The translations under genes and the position numbers were made by a program. A stretch of 64,000 nt of DNA from Octopus bimaculoides (Eukaryota). Location: NCBI RefSeq assembly GCF_001194135.2, contig NC_068982.1, positions 70,214,705 to 70,278,704 on the forward strand. Reading direction: 5' to 3'. The notes under the pieces are model-generated. The model did no database searches. It was given only the letters and a program-made list of their open reading frames with translations, and had not been told where the DNA came from. Of the stretch, positions 1 through 13,367 are shown piece by piece. Position 1 is the first letter of the stretch, and each line of letters opens with the position of its first letter.

Positions 1-91
1 GTGCCAACTTTGCAGTGTCAAGGATGGCCAAGAGAAATGCATCTCCAGTGTTGCCAGGCCATATTGCACAGAAACCAGCCAATTCATTTTT

Positions 92-487
92 ATAGGCGCA
101 GGAGTGGCTGTGTGGTAAGTAGCTTGCTTACCAACCACATGGTTCCGGGTTCAGTCCCACTGCGTGGCACCTTGAGCAAGTGTCTTCTACTATAGCCTCG
201 GGCCGACCAAAGCCTTGTGAGTGGATTTGGTAGACGGAAACTGAGAGAAGCCCGTCATATATATGCATATATATGTATGTGTGTTTCTGTGTCTGTGTTT
301 GTCCCCCCACCATCGCTTGACAACCAACAGTGGTGTGTTTACGTCCCCGTCACTTAGCGGTTCGGCAAAAGAGACCGATAGAATAAGTACTAGGCTTCCA
401 AAGAATAATTCCTGGGGTCGATTTGCTTGACTAAAGGCGGTGCTCCAACATGGCTGCAGTCAAATGACTGAAACAAGTAAAAGAGAG
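92..487 (+). mobile_element. tRNA-derived SINE, family A (CORE-like; resembles octopus OR-type SINEs), young full-length copy
   Basis: A-box TGGCTGTGTGG, B-box GGTTCAGTCCC, CORE-like CACCTTG(A/G)GCAAGTGTC, internal TA/TG microsatellite, AAGTAAAAGAG tail. Highly similar to 39659-40053. Confidence 0.85.
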
Positions 488-498
488 ACATGTCTCAC

Positions 499-952
499 CT
501 CTTGCCTCAGTTTGTGGATGATCACAGCTAAGCTAACTGCACTCTTATTTTGCTGCTTTTTAACAGTTGTTTTAATGACTCAGTTTGCAGTCATGAACCC
601 AGCCTGGTATATTTCCTTTTGTTGTGGAAGTTTATTTACAGAGCCTTCTTAATCAACTAATTGTAATAGCTACACAATTGTTGTTTCCAGTGTGTAAACT
701 TTGTTGTCGCATTTTTAATACATGACCAACATAGAAAATATTTCTGCGGTGAAATAAAATTCTGTTAATTGTCCACAAGTATTGCGCATTCATTATACGC
801 AACTTGAACCCAACTCAAACTACCAGCATCTCACACTCTTCATTCTATGTCTATCGTGACAACTGTTAACTGCACCTCTCATGACATGTTCAACAAGAAG
901 ACAACATACAAATAATTTTCACTGTATATCAACTTTGAAACATTAACAAGAT
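499..952 (-). pseudogene. CATSPERG: Pseudo-exon K (aligns to ~SKLYQLVY..SPQRY..FHN..IYQG region)
   Basis: Acceptor ttctgcag|952, donor 499|gtgaga. Translates DLVNVSKLIYSENYLYVVFLLNMS*EVQLTVVTIDIE*..NECAILVDN*QNFISPQKY (SPQKY at 752-738)..INFHNK, then a frameshift to EIYQAG..RQE. Confidence 0.72.
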
Positions 953-1062
953 CTGCAGAACAATATGAAAGCATTGAAAGTAAATTACAATTAAATTTAT
1001 TTTTGTTCAACTATAGTACTTATAAAAGTCTTTTTGAAGATACATACATACATTATATATAT

Positions 1063-1107
<45 letters not shown>

Positions 1108-1424
1108 TCAGTAAATAAGTCAGTATTAACCGCACATGGAGAAATAATAGGAAAATGAAGAATAAGGCAGAATGCTAAATTGGAAGCATGTTTTAATAAA
1201 GATTTCAAATTGGAAGCATTTTTTAATAAGGATTTCTAACCGGCTTTCATTGCGAAACAAGTTTTCAAGAAGGAAAGGAGAATGAAAATGTTTTTTACAA
1301 AGAAGTACAAAATGAAGAAAATAATATATAAAAAAAAATAATATATAAAAAAATAACTATACCAATACATTATATTATCTTTGAGCTTTTGAAGTTCAAT
1401 GGTAGTTCATGTATATAATGGTTG

Positions 1425-2054
1425 NNNNNNNNNNNNNNNNNNNNNNNNNNNNNNNNNNNNNNNNNNNNNNNNNNNNNNNNNNNNNNNNNNNNNNNNNNNN
1501 NNNNNNNNNNNNNNNNNNNNNNNNNNNNNNNNNNNNNNNNNNNNNNNNNNNNNNNNNNNNNNNNNNNNNNNNNNNNNNNNNNNNNNNNNNNNNNNNNNNN
1601 NNNNNNNNNNNNNNNNNNNNNNNNNNNNNNNNNNNNNNNNNNNNNNNNNNNNNNNNNNNNNNNNNNNNNNNNNNNNNNNNNNNNNNNNNNNNNNNNNNNN
1701 NNNNNNNNNNNNNNNNNNNNNNNNNNNNNNNNNNNNNNNNNNNNNNNNNNNNNNNNNNNNNNNNNNNNNNNNNNNNNNNNNNNNNNNNNNNNNNNNNNNN
1801 NNNNNNNNNNNNNNNNNNNNNNNNNNNNNNNNNNNNNNNNNNNNNNNNNNNNNNNNNNNNNNNNNNNNNNNNNNNNNNNNNNNNNNNNNNNNNNNNNNNN
1901 NNNNNNNNNNNNNNNNNNNNNNNNNNNNNNNNNNNNNNNNNNNNNNNNNNNNNNNNNNNNNNNNNNNNNNNNNNNNNNNNNNNNNNNNNNNNNNNNNNNN
2001 NNNNNNNNNNNNNNNNNNNNNNNNNNNNNNNNNNNNNNNNNNNNNNNNNNNNNN
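1425..2054. other. Assembly gap (N); other gaps at 6946-6974, 15334-15429, 16532-16606, 44131-44140, 47395-47721, 59071-59208
   Basis: Runs of N, mostly flanked by microsatellites. Confidence 1.
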
Positions 2055-2088
<34 letters not shown>

Positions 2089-2109
2089 GCACACACGCAT
2101 ACATACATA

Positions 2110-2600
2110 TATATTCTTTTGGATTTTTTACTCGTTTCAGTCACAGGATGGTGGCCATGCTGGGGTACCACCTTGAAGAGTTAAGTTGAACAAATCAACC
2201 CCCAGTACTTATTTTTCAAGTCTAGTACTTATTCTGTCAGTTTGTTGCTGAATTGTTAAGTTACAAGGAAATAAACAAACTAACACCGATTGTCAAGTAC
2301 CAGTGGGACACGGACACACACACACATAAATGTAGAGGAAACAGATGGTAGAGATGCAGGAGGTTTGGACAATGGAGTTGGTGACAGTAGAAGTGGAGAC
2401 AGAAAAAGAAATGAAGCCACACACACACACAAAATAGGCTTCCATGAAGTTGTTTCTGTCAACCAAATCCACTCACAAGGTACTGGTTGACCTGAGGTTG
2501 TTGTAGAAGACACTTAACCAAGATGCCACACAGAGGAGCCAAACAGAAAACTATGTGGCAACAAAATAGCTTCTTAACCACACCGCCATATCTGTGCATG
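2110..2600 (-). mobile_element. SINE family A, older copy
   Basis: Reverse complement of family A head and tail. Confidence 0.7.
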
Positions 2601-2625
2601 TAAATCAAGATACTGTTATAAAAAC

Positions 2626-3009
2626 CTAACATAAAAGCATCTCTCAAACTGGCCATTTTGGATTAGTGGCTTCTTCACTGTTGACTACATTTATGAATGT
2701 TAATAAATCTTTCCTGCTAAACTCCATAAAGTTAGCTGAAAAGAAGTTTCAAAACTCAGCTATTTCCACTGCTGACTGAAGCAATCCCCTATGTATCCGC
2801 AAACATATTTTATTTCACTTGCAGACAGCATTACTGCAAGTAATATAATAATACAGCATAGCTATATTACTTTCCTCTACCATCTTAATTTATTCCACAC
2901 CACTAAGGTTTTTCTTTTGAAAAAGCTGTTGCTTATCTTCCTTCTCCATTCTCCACATCAATCTTAGTTATGATGAGACAAACCAGCAGAGATTCAAGAA
3001 CAGTGCAAA
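2626..3009 (-). pseudogene. CATSPERG: Pseudo-exon J (VESGYG / TAM..IFC / LLQS / IVTETEE region)
   Basis: CTVLESLLVCLIITKIDVENGEG, a frameshift near 2940, then LSGVE*IKMVEESNIAMLYYYITCS..HRGLLQS (LLQS 2784-2773)..NFFSANF..FINVVNSEE. The donor is uncertain. Confidence 0.65.
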
Positions 3010-3060
3010 CTTTAGTTACACAAGACAGTAAAAAAAAAAAAAAAAAGAGGGGAGGGAGTC

Positions 3061-3490
3061 TAAGAATATGTACAAGCACAAGAGAAGTTACATAATCAAT
3101 GCAACCTACTCATTGCAACCATCAAATGCCATTTGGTTTAATTCCTGGCTATTTTTAAAACACTGGACACTTAAGCACAAAGTTTTAAATCTCAACATAG
3201 TACAACTTAAAACATGAGAGGATTATGAGTGGGGTGTCTGGTTGAAAATTAAATTATAACTCTTACTGACATGATTAGTGTTGAATCTGTATAAACAAAA
3301 CTGGCCCCCTGGATCCATCTATCCCTATACCATTGTAGAATTGATCAATGCTAATAAAATACAATCATTCAGGTTTGTGGTAGTCTTCAGCATCACACAA
3401 GTTAATTTTTTTACACAAAAAAAACGATATAGTAATGTACTACATTTTTCATGCTTATAATGTGCAATATCATTTATATATTCTTTTACT
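3061..3490 (-). pseudogene. Decayed coding-like segment, possibly a further or duplicated exon of the same pseudogene
   Basis: One frame of ~140 codons with 5 stops: YRFFCVKKLTCVMLKTTTNLNDCILLALINSTMV*G*MDPGGQFCLYRFNTN..LNQMAFDGCNE*VALIM*LLL. Loosely parallels [29 protein letters not shown]. Confidence 0.35.
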
Positions 3491-5366
3491 GATTTTTATC
3501 ACTGGCTCATGGCCATACTGTTTTTGCTGGAGCAGGCACACATGGAATATTTGTGTATATATATATGTGTGTCTGTGCATGTATAGGTGCAATTATGGTT
3601 GTGTGTCTAAGAAGTTTACTTCCCAACCATGTGGTTTGGGATTCAGTCCCACTGTGTGGCATCTTGGGCAAGTGTCTTCTACTATAGCCTCAAGTCCTTT
3701 GTGAGTGGATTTGGTAGATGGAAACTGAAAGAAACCAATCACTTATGTGAATGCATGGGAGAATGTCTTTGTGTCTCTTCTTCTTAACATTGCACAATAG
3801 ATGTGAATGAGCATCACTATCATACAAGCAATGCCATCATTTACAATTGTTCGTTAAAACAAGTCCAGCTCTGAGGAAATATTTCCCTGCTTGAAAGCAG
3901 AAGAAGGTTGGCAACAGGAAGTGCACCCATCCCGCTGTAGAAAATCTGCCTCAACAAATTCTGTCTAACCTATCCACAGATTGAAAAGTGGATATTAACA
4001 GGTATGTGGAGGATTGACAGAATCATTAGCACATCAGACAAAATGCCTCATGGTATTATGGCCATTTACATTTGAGTCCAAATCCTGCGAAAGTCAACTT
4101 TGCCTTTCATCCTCCAGGGGTTGATAAAATATCAATCAAGTACTTGGACCAATGGGTCAACTAACCCGCCCCAACACACATGCACACACATCCCTCAAAA
4201 CTGCTGGCTTTGTGCCTATATTAGAAACAATATATTAGATTATGCTTGTATGTTAGCACAAGAAAACCACAGTATAAATAAAAGACTCAATGTAGTATAT
4301 GCAAAGTAAGTGATTTATTATTTGATAAGAATGCTGACAGGTTGACTAAAATGTTTAAATCTTGAGAATTTGTTTGAGCATGCTTAGATGAGTTCCCAAG
4401 TACAAAGCAGTTTGCAACCTGTCAACATTTTTATAAATAAATAAACATATTTAAAATACAAACAGACCTTATTGGCATCATGTTTATCAACACATTTCCC
4501 CACCAAGGGCTTGTATTTTAAACATCTCTCTATATATAGTTCCACATTCAATATTGTGTGTGTGTGTCTGTGTACACATACACATGATGGCCTTCCAAAC
4601 CAGCTTCAACAACAACATTTCCACACATTATTAGACAGTTCAATACCATGTGTGAGGCTATAAAAGACAGTTACCAAGATACCAAGCAGTGGAATCAAAT
4701 CCAGAACTACATAGTGACAAAGCAAACTTTTCCAATTATAGCTATGCATACACACAACCTCTTTCTCCTCCCCCTCTCTCTCATGCATTATATATCCCCA
4801 CCTGGTTTTCAAGCTAGGGGTCTCTCACTCTACATATGTTTGAATATACAAAGCCAGCAGATGATTTGTTAATAAGAGAAATAACATAACCACTTGTAGC
4901 TAGCAAATTTGAGAGAAGCACAAATGTAAACAAATGTGTTACACACACATATGAAAGACTTCTTCCAGTTCCTGTTCTACCAAATCCACTCACAAGCCAT
5001 TGGTTGACCAGAGGCTAATAGTAAAAGACACTCACAGTGACACATAATGGAACTAAGACTGGAACTATACGATTGGGAAGTAAACTTCTTAACCATACAA
5101 CTATGCCTGCACGCACACACACACACACATATACAATCATCATCAACATCGCCACTGCCATTATTTAGATGCCAACTTTTCTATGCTTGCATCAGTCAGA
5201 TGGAATCACTGAGACAGATACTTTGTCACCAACTCAACCCTGCTTCCAAGCAAGGTAATACTTCCCCCATGACAGGATGTGATTTCACAAAAAATTAGAA
5301 ATGAAGGACACTGCTTGTATGGCTATGACACTCATAACTATCATGTGATGTCAAAACAAAGAGAGA

Positions 5367-5409
<43 letters not shown>

Positions 5410-6893
5410 CAAAAGACAATCTTTAATATCCAGCTTAACAAGGATGTATTGTGAAAACATCAAATACTGTAGTATTCGCCTTGAGAAGTCCTCTCATATA
5501 AACGCATCGTGCATAAAAGCACAAATATATATTGTAACAGAATCGCCTGGCATGAGCACCAGATCTGCCTGATTGTGTGATTTCAGCATACTGTGCTTCT
5601 TCAATGGCAGCCATCTAATCACTATATACAAGACAAATCTCACTGCCCACAATATATAAAATAAGTCTTTTTAGTCACCAATGTCACAAACATCCAGGAG
5701 GCTTATTAAAAATAAATATTAGCGATGGAAAAAGTAATAATATCAAAAGGTTTAAGTTAGATGATATACAGATTGCCTTCTGGTATTAATGCTATTTCTT
5801 TCACTTATGTGTGTGTGTGTGTGCATGCGCGCGCGAGCATATATTTGTGTGTGTGTGTGTGTGCATGCATATATATATGTGTGTATAGATATATAGACTT
5901 TTCAGTTTCTCTCTACCAAACCCACTCACAAGGCTTTGATTAGCCCTGTACTATAGTAGTAGACATTTGCCCAAAGTGCTATGCAGTAGGACTGAAGGAC
6001 TGAACCTGAAACCACATGACTGTGAAATAGCAAGTTTCTTAATTGCACAACACATCTGCACCTATATATAAAGAACTTTCATCTTTTATATACACACATG
6101 AGAAATACACAGGTGGGTAAAACATTAGAATACTAGTCAAAAGGCTTATATAATTCTGTCACTGTGTAATGTTGTGATGTGATTCTGGCAAAGGAACAAA
6201 ACTTTCAATTATAAACTCCTAACTATAAATAGGCTGAACAAAGAGGCTACACATCACCACTATAGGATAGATACAAAGGAATAAGTAATTAAAAACTATT
6301 TTTATTGCTTTGCAATGAATGACATTGGTAGCATTAATTTCCAAGGAGCTATTAATAATGAATGCAGCTCTCAGTAATATTATCCAAGACATGCCAAAAG
6401 TGACATTTTGACCAGGATTCCTGAAGCTTCAAACTACTCTCCTCTCTCTCTCTCTCATACACAAACAAACACATACACACAGACATGCACATATATGCAC
6501 ACATTCATTCAATATCATGCAACTTCACATTCATAATATCATTTTGCAGAACCATTTCTTTCCATCACAAACTCATACACAAAGAGAGACACTCACATAT
6601 ATACTCATGCACACAAACATGTAGTATGTGTGTGTGTGTGCGTGTGCGTGCACATAATGGTTTCAAATTTTGGCACAGGGCCAGCAATTTCTGAAAGGAA
6701 GGGGAAGTCAATTACATTGATCCCTAGAACTTGACTGGTACTTACTTTATTGACCCTGAAAGGATGAAGAATAAAGTCAACCTCAGCAAAATTTGAACTC
6801 AGAATAGAAAGACATAAAATGCCACTAAGCATTTTGCAGGCATGCTAACAGTTTTGCCAGATCACCACTTTTTGTGAGTGAACAAAATACCAA

Positions 6894-6945
<52 letters not shown>

Positions 6946-7582
6946 NNNNNNNNNNNNNNNNNNNNNNNNNNNNNCACGCACGCACACGCACGCACGCACG
7001 CACATGCACGCACACACACACACACACACACATAGATACATGAAATATGACAATAATTGTTTTCATGCAAGAGAGATTTCTCGTAATCATATAATCCACA
7101 TTGGAATCTATCTAATTAAATGTTATTCTTAGAATAGATAAACTAAGGAGTGACGTACCAAATGACATTTGCAAATTTTTTCAACTTAAATTTCTTGTTC
7201 AGTTGGAGAAAAACAAAAACCTAGTGGTATTTGCTAGCAACTCAAGAGAAATGGAGGTAATTTAATTCTGCAATTTTTTTTTAATCTCTACACAGACATG
7301 CTGTCCTATTCCTCTATCTTTTCTATTGCTACTAAAATGGAATTTATTCCCTAAAACTGGCTGGTCTCATGCACCTACCACTTTCATTTCCACCTCTCCT
7401 CACTTTCAGTACACTCAACCCCTTTGGTCCTGTACTAACTTTTATGCCTGGTCCTTTCTCTCCAAAGCATTATTCTTCTATGATCTTTTTCTACAGAGTG
7501 GAGTATTAACAGCATCAAACTCACCAAGCTTCAAAAGCCTCATAATGTAACAGATAATGCCCCTTCCTACAAACTCAACAAT

Positions 7583-7614
<32 letters not shown>

Positions 7615-9163
7615 ACATGAAAAGTAACTTTAAAATATATAATGATATAATTACTAGTAAATAGTATTCAACAGATAATAATCGTTTCAAATATACATAT
7701 ATGAATTAGGTTGCAACAATAACCAACAATTATAAAATCTACAAATAAACTAACCACTAATGAATTATTAATTGACTGTCACATATAAACAATAATAAAC
7801 TTATTTCCAAAATGCATTAAATCAAAAAAGCATTATCAATAACTGAAAATGTAATTGAAACTATGCAAGATAATTATAAGTTAGTTTCTTTTGTTTTCTG
7901 TCTGTATGGGTGAGTATAAATACACACACACACATACATTCAGTTTTGTCAGTATTTTTACTGTTAGCTGGATTTCAAATACAATGTAGAATTTAAATTT
8001 ATTTTCAGGCAAGTAGAATAAATGCACAAATGTCCTATCTTGTGAGGTAGAAGCATCTTAAAGCACATTTAGATATCTTAGATGATCTTATAACGGACAT
8101 CATCTTTGTCACCCAAAAGCAGTTTGCTTTCTAACCATATACTTTTGGGTTCAGTCTCACCACATGACATCTTGGGCATGTGTCTTCTACTATAGCCCTG
8201 GGCCCTAAGCCTGTCTTCTTTGTATTAAGTTGTAAAAATGAAGTCAAACTAAATGGTGATATTTTGAAATCATTTAATACGTGCATTTCAGGTCTACATA
8301 ATATATAACAGGAAATGCATTCATTGTGGAAGACCTTCCTCAGTTTATACATTTTGGGTGTGTATGTGTGTGTGTGTGTGTGTGTGTGTTTGCCACCTCA
8401 TGACAATTTTTGATTGTTGTAAATAAGTGTTACCATCATAGAAGTGGTGCTATTCATTTCCAATTTTCCATGAAAACATGTTCAATCACAAGGAAATAAT
8501 ACCTTGCTTAGAAGCAGGAAGAGCATCTAACTATTGAAAATCTGCCGCAACAAATTCCATCTTATCCACAGAAAATAGGATGATGACGGACTTCCAAGTA
8601 AGAAACAAGATTTAAAAGATTTTCAAAAACTAAAATATGCTACCCAGCTATTATTTCAGAAAGCACTTAAAAGAAATTTGTTGAAGTGTTTTCATTAATA
8701 TAATATATATATATATATGTAGTCAAACAAAATATCCATCCCCAACTGTAACTGTTTGTTCTACTTGTCTGCCAAATACACCCACAGTAATATTGAACAA
8801 TATCCCCTTCCATTCCTATTGAAATCTACCTAACTATTAGCAACACCCCCTACTGCTAAGGCCAACTGCCTGGTTACCAGCACTGCACCCATTCCAATTT
8901 CAATATAAATAAATCTTTGATCCACCTTTTTGTTACTATCTCATGATCCACAAAGTTCTCCACCTAAGTTATCAAAACCTTCATTCACTTTCCTGTGCCA
9001 AATCTACAGACACCCTACACTTAAAATAACCTCTTAAACAAGTTAATTTGATCTCATTCTCTGTGGGCAACTACTTAAATCTCTGGGAGCATACATGTAA
9101 TAATGATGGGCTCTCCCATCAAGCACGATGTATGTGTGTTCAGCTTTTTGCCAAATGACCTGC

Positions 9164-9195
<32 letters not shown>

Positions 9196-9552
9196 TAGAG
9201 TAACAAATGGATATCTTCTAACAATATACATCATCATTATCATTTAACTTCCTTTTCCATGTTGGCATGGGTTAGACATTTTGACAGAAACTGAAGAGCC
9301 AGAGGGATGTGCTGAGCTCCAATGTCTGCTTTGGCATGTTTCTTCCAATCACCAACCATTTTCCAGGGAGTATGTGCTAGGTGCTTTTATTGTGGCACCA
9401 GCACTAGTGAGGTCACCAAGTACTCACAAAGCAAGATTTCTCAAGCAAGTGGGGTAATGAATGGACATAGTTACATCTCAATTATTCTCACCTCCATATC
9501 TCAGATGATAACAATCATCTTTAACATTTAATGCGTAACCCGTCCTTCCCAC

Positions 9553-9920
9553 CTCTCTCTCTGGTTCTGAAAGATCAGTAAAAGAAAGCAAATTTTCATT
9601 TACAGTTTCATCTACATAAACTTTAGTTATAAAATTCATGTTGACTGGGACATTCACTTCCCCCTGACAGCTTATTCAACCAATCTAAATTTGAATCTGT
9701 TCACATACTGAGTCCTCCTCATCAGTAAATGTTCCATTGTTATTCTTACTCTTGCTTTCAAATATGAATTTCAAATTAGCATTAAACTTAGTTATTCCCA
9801 GAAACAACAGTCTAGCATCCGTTCACTGATATTTTAGCATAAATAATGATACAACTTATCGATGCCACCATCAAAAAATACATGCCTGCTGGCACAAAGA
9901 TTGATAACAGAGTACTTTAC
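9553..9920 (-). pseudogene. CATSPERG: Pseudo-exon I containing the exact SVCEQI motif
   Basis: Acceptor gattag|9920, phase 0. VKYSVINLCASRHVFFDGGIDKLY.., then after a frameshift FTDEEDSVCEQI (9711-9694). Donor approximate. Confidence 0.55.
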
Positions 9921-10099
9921 CTAATCAATTTCAGAAGTTTATTTCATAATTATAATAGTCTAGTATTATTACCTTAACAGCTCTCATATGTAACCACAAA
10001 ATTCCCACCAACAAACAAATGATTATAAAAAAAATAAAAACAAATGTGAAAGGGTTTCAAAACTGTAACATAAAACATTATTATTAACAGTTCTCTCAT

Positions 10100-10560
10100 T
10101 AAGGCAGTGAGCTGGCAGAATTGTAAGCACATCAGACAAAATGCTTAGTTGCATTTCTTTTTATTCCTTACATTCTGAGTTTGAATCCTGCCAAGGTCAA
10201 CTTTGCTTTACATCTTTCCAAGGTCAATGAAATAAGGAACCAGTCAAGTAGTGAGGTCAATATAACTGGCTTGATCCCTTCCATTAAAATGGCTGGCATT
10301 GTGTTCAAAATTTGAAACCATTGTTATTATTTACAGTTTTGTCATTAACATGTTAAGTTGGAAGAACTGTTAGCACATCAGACAAAATGCTTAATAGCAC
10401 TTCTAGCTTTCTATGATCTGAGTTCAAATCCCACTAAGGTCAACTTTTTATCCTTTTGGGTCAGGACAATAAAATACCAGTCAAGTACTGGAGTTGATAT
10501 AATTGACTTGTCCACTCCTCTGAAAATTACTGGCCTTGTGCCAAAATTAGAAAGAATTAT
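10100..10560 (+). mobile_element. Head-to-tail tandem of two family B SINEs
   Basis: Two successive copies (10100-10330 and 10355-10560). Confidence 0.7.
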
Positions 10561-12267
10561 AAACATTTCTCATTAAAAAAAAAAAACCCTGCACTCTGAC
10601 TCATTCAGTCACTTCATATCCATGAATAAAATTATTATCTTTACTAACACTAATAGATGGCATAACAAATATAATAATCATACAGATTAAAGCACACAAG
10701 ACTTTAATGGTTATTTTTTTCCTTTAAAAAGTTCCATTGCAAAAATGTTTAAGTGACATTTCTTTTATCGATCAGAAAGCTGAAGCAAAAAAAAAATGTT
10801 AGAAAGAAGAAAATCCTTTTGGCTTATATTAAACATATACTGTATGCTTAACAATACAGAGTAGCAGAGAGCTGATGGAAATAGGAAAAGCAAATTATAT
10901 ATCAATAAAGTATAAATGCACAGCCAGAAAGATTCTCAATAAAATAGTATATAGGATTGCAGTTTTAGTCAAACAGAAAATATTAGCAATGCTAAATGTT
11001 AGTAAAACTAAAAATCCATGCAGACTGGAAAATTGTGTCTAGAAAATCCATTATTGACCTTAGTAACAGCAGCATTCAACTGAAAGGTTTAAGATCACCA
11101 ATAGCAAGCAAACAACAGTAGAAAGATATTCAGAAAAAAGCACACATTTCTATAGCATGGGTAACATTCCCCACTAACCTTATACGGCAGTTATGTAATA
11201 CACAAGGAATCCTGTAAGAAATTAAAATAAAGTGTTAATTCTTCCACAATATTTTACACAAGAAATGACATGGTTGCAGGAATCAGTCTGTCTCAAAAGT
11301 AAATAGCATATATGATAATAACCTCAGAACTTCTTCCAGTTGTCTCAGAAGAATCAGTGAGAGCACATATATGTACCAAATATTATCAAACAATTTAATT
11401 CCTCATTCAAATAAACAATACATTCAAGAACTAAATTACATTTTAGAATGCAACACAATAAAATTTTGCTGAAAAGAAAGAATTTCATATATATGTATAC
11501 GATTATTTGATTGCACATGAAAAAAAATGATTTTGGGGGGTGGGAGGGGATTAATTTTTCCAAAAGATTTTTAGAAATTATAGTTCAATTTTCTAATAGA
11601 AATTAAATCAATGAATTTATATAAAATTAATTTTCTGGCTGTTAGTTTCATAGTTTGTAATGAAGACTTGTTGATATTTTGCTGAAACCAAAAAACGCTT
11701 TAGTTCTTTTATAAACATGTTTTAAAAAAATAAATAAATAAACCTAATCATAAAAACCCACTAAAATTCTCAGGAAGTGTATGTAATTAACTATTACTAT
11801 AAAAGCATTCATTTTATGACACTATGTGTGCATGTGTGTGGGTGGGTGTATATGAATACATATATTAGATATATACACATTTTTTCCTTTCAATGATAAT
11901 TCAATTAAAAGTTGTAATAATTACTTTAAATGGCAGGGGAGAGTGAAATAAGTAACAGTTGCTATGCAAGCTAAGTAGCACTTCTACCTTTTGAAGCAAG
12001 CAATTAAAAAAAATAAACGAAAAAAAATCACATTTCATACTTATAGTACACACAGCTGCTTCAGGTTTCCTTGGAAGCATCAAACAAGATAGCAAACACT
12101 AAGTCCCATATGTAGTAAATTAATAATAAACTTACCAACTTTTTGTCAGCCACACTAACTTCCAAAGTATTAGACCTAACCAGTTTAGCTCACAAACTAA
12201 ATTACTAAAAAACAAATCTAGAAAGAAATTTATTTATTATTATTATTGTTGTTGTTATTATTAATAC

Positions 12268-12495
12268 TTCCTCTATCACAGGTACAGTACTGACAACTAC
12301 TAGTAGGTGTGTCATGGACAATTTCACAACCCCAAAAACCATTTGAAATAGACGCTTAATGGTATCTGAGTCATATTTAGATAAATTTACATTAAGAGTC
12401 ATCACCTTGGAACCAACCAGATATGATGTTATATTGAAGATGCCATGGAGGAAACAGTTATTTTAGTATTGTCATAATTCATATCAATTAACAGT
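12268..12495 (-). pseudogene. CATSPERG: Pseudo-exon H, 228 nt, phase 0-0, 3 stops
   Basis: tttag|ACT..GAA|gtatta. TVN*YEL*QY*NNCFLHGIFNITSYLVGSKV..MVFGVVKLSMTHLLVVVSTVPVIEE, resembling SW..C.VYFHSNGSEYIM..HFGTIR..LP. Confidence 0.62.
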
Positions 12496-13035
12496 CTAAA
12501 AATGCGAACTGCATACATTTACATAGCTTATATGCGTATAAAAAAAAAAAACAATCCTTTTTATATTTTTTGTTGTCATTCCATGCTAGTTAGACAAGAC
12601 TAAACCTGTTTTGTTAAGAAACTAATAAATATAGAGACAATTGCCCAGCTTAATATCTACCAAGGATTCCAATAGGTTTGAGATGGTTTATGATGATTTA
12701 CATCTATTCTTATCTACCATCACTTCTAATTTAAAATTGTAACCTTTCTTATTTTGAAGGAAATTCTATTTTCTTCTAACTACAATAGAAATCATGGTAA
12801 TATCAGATAATCATACTATAATGAACTAATTAAGCTTGTTATTTCTGTAGCCCTTTGATATAACGATAAAAAAAACTTTACCAGTTGACACTACTGCTTC
12901 AAACAGTAACTTTATGTTGTTTAATGCATACTGAATAAGTAATTCCCAGTGTTAAAACATGTCTAGAAGAGATAAGACAGAATGAGATTAATGTCTCTGT
13001 GTGTGTGTGTGTATATATATAGAGAGAGAGGGGGG

Positions 13036-13113
<78 letters not shown>

Positions 13114-13144
13114 GAGAGGGAGAGAGAGAGAGATTTACAAATAC

Positions 13145-13367
13145 CTCAGTGCTTTTTGATTTTTCAGTTTTGGCAAGGCTATGATCAATATAGTCACCTT
13201 AGAAAATACTGGTCAACAAGACTTGACCTTTAACTAGGAATACATCTACCAGATATATTCCAGTTGAAAAGATAAGTGACAGTAGACAAATATAATACAA
13301 TGTGCCACAGTAAGGTAGATTCTTAACATCATCTTGTCCTTGAAAACAGAAATGCCAATAGGAATTT
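13145..13367 (-). pseudogene. CATSPERG: Pseudo-exon G, 223 nt, phase 2-0, one TAA (13201-13199)
   Basis: cttag|A..GAG|gtattt. NSYWHF..YCGTLYYICLLSLIFSTGIYLVDVFLVKGQVLLTSIF*GDY, resembling DSCW..FYC..FTATIY..LFIRQNQLVYYFTGTY. Confidence 0.68.

Noticed and set aside
92-180. tRNA gene-like A/B boxes (many copies)
   Set aside because: These are SINE heads continuing into SINE bodies, with no complete cloverleaf.
640-900. Initial reading as a decayed RTE LINE 3' end (YVGHVLKM)
   Set aside because: A different frame gives several stronger collinear CATSPERG motifs within canonical splice borders.
1370-2189. Long ORFs in the track here and at 47345-47859, 15283-15611 and 59048-59275
   Set aside because: Artefacts of N gaps and dinucleotide repeats.
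8770-9100. Possible very old LINE endonuclease remnant on the minus strand
   Set aside because: Similarity too weak to call by eye.
12330-12430. LVGSKV resembling heparanase LVGTKV
   Set aside because: Isolated five-residue match; flanks and the other exons do not fit heparanase.
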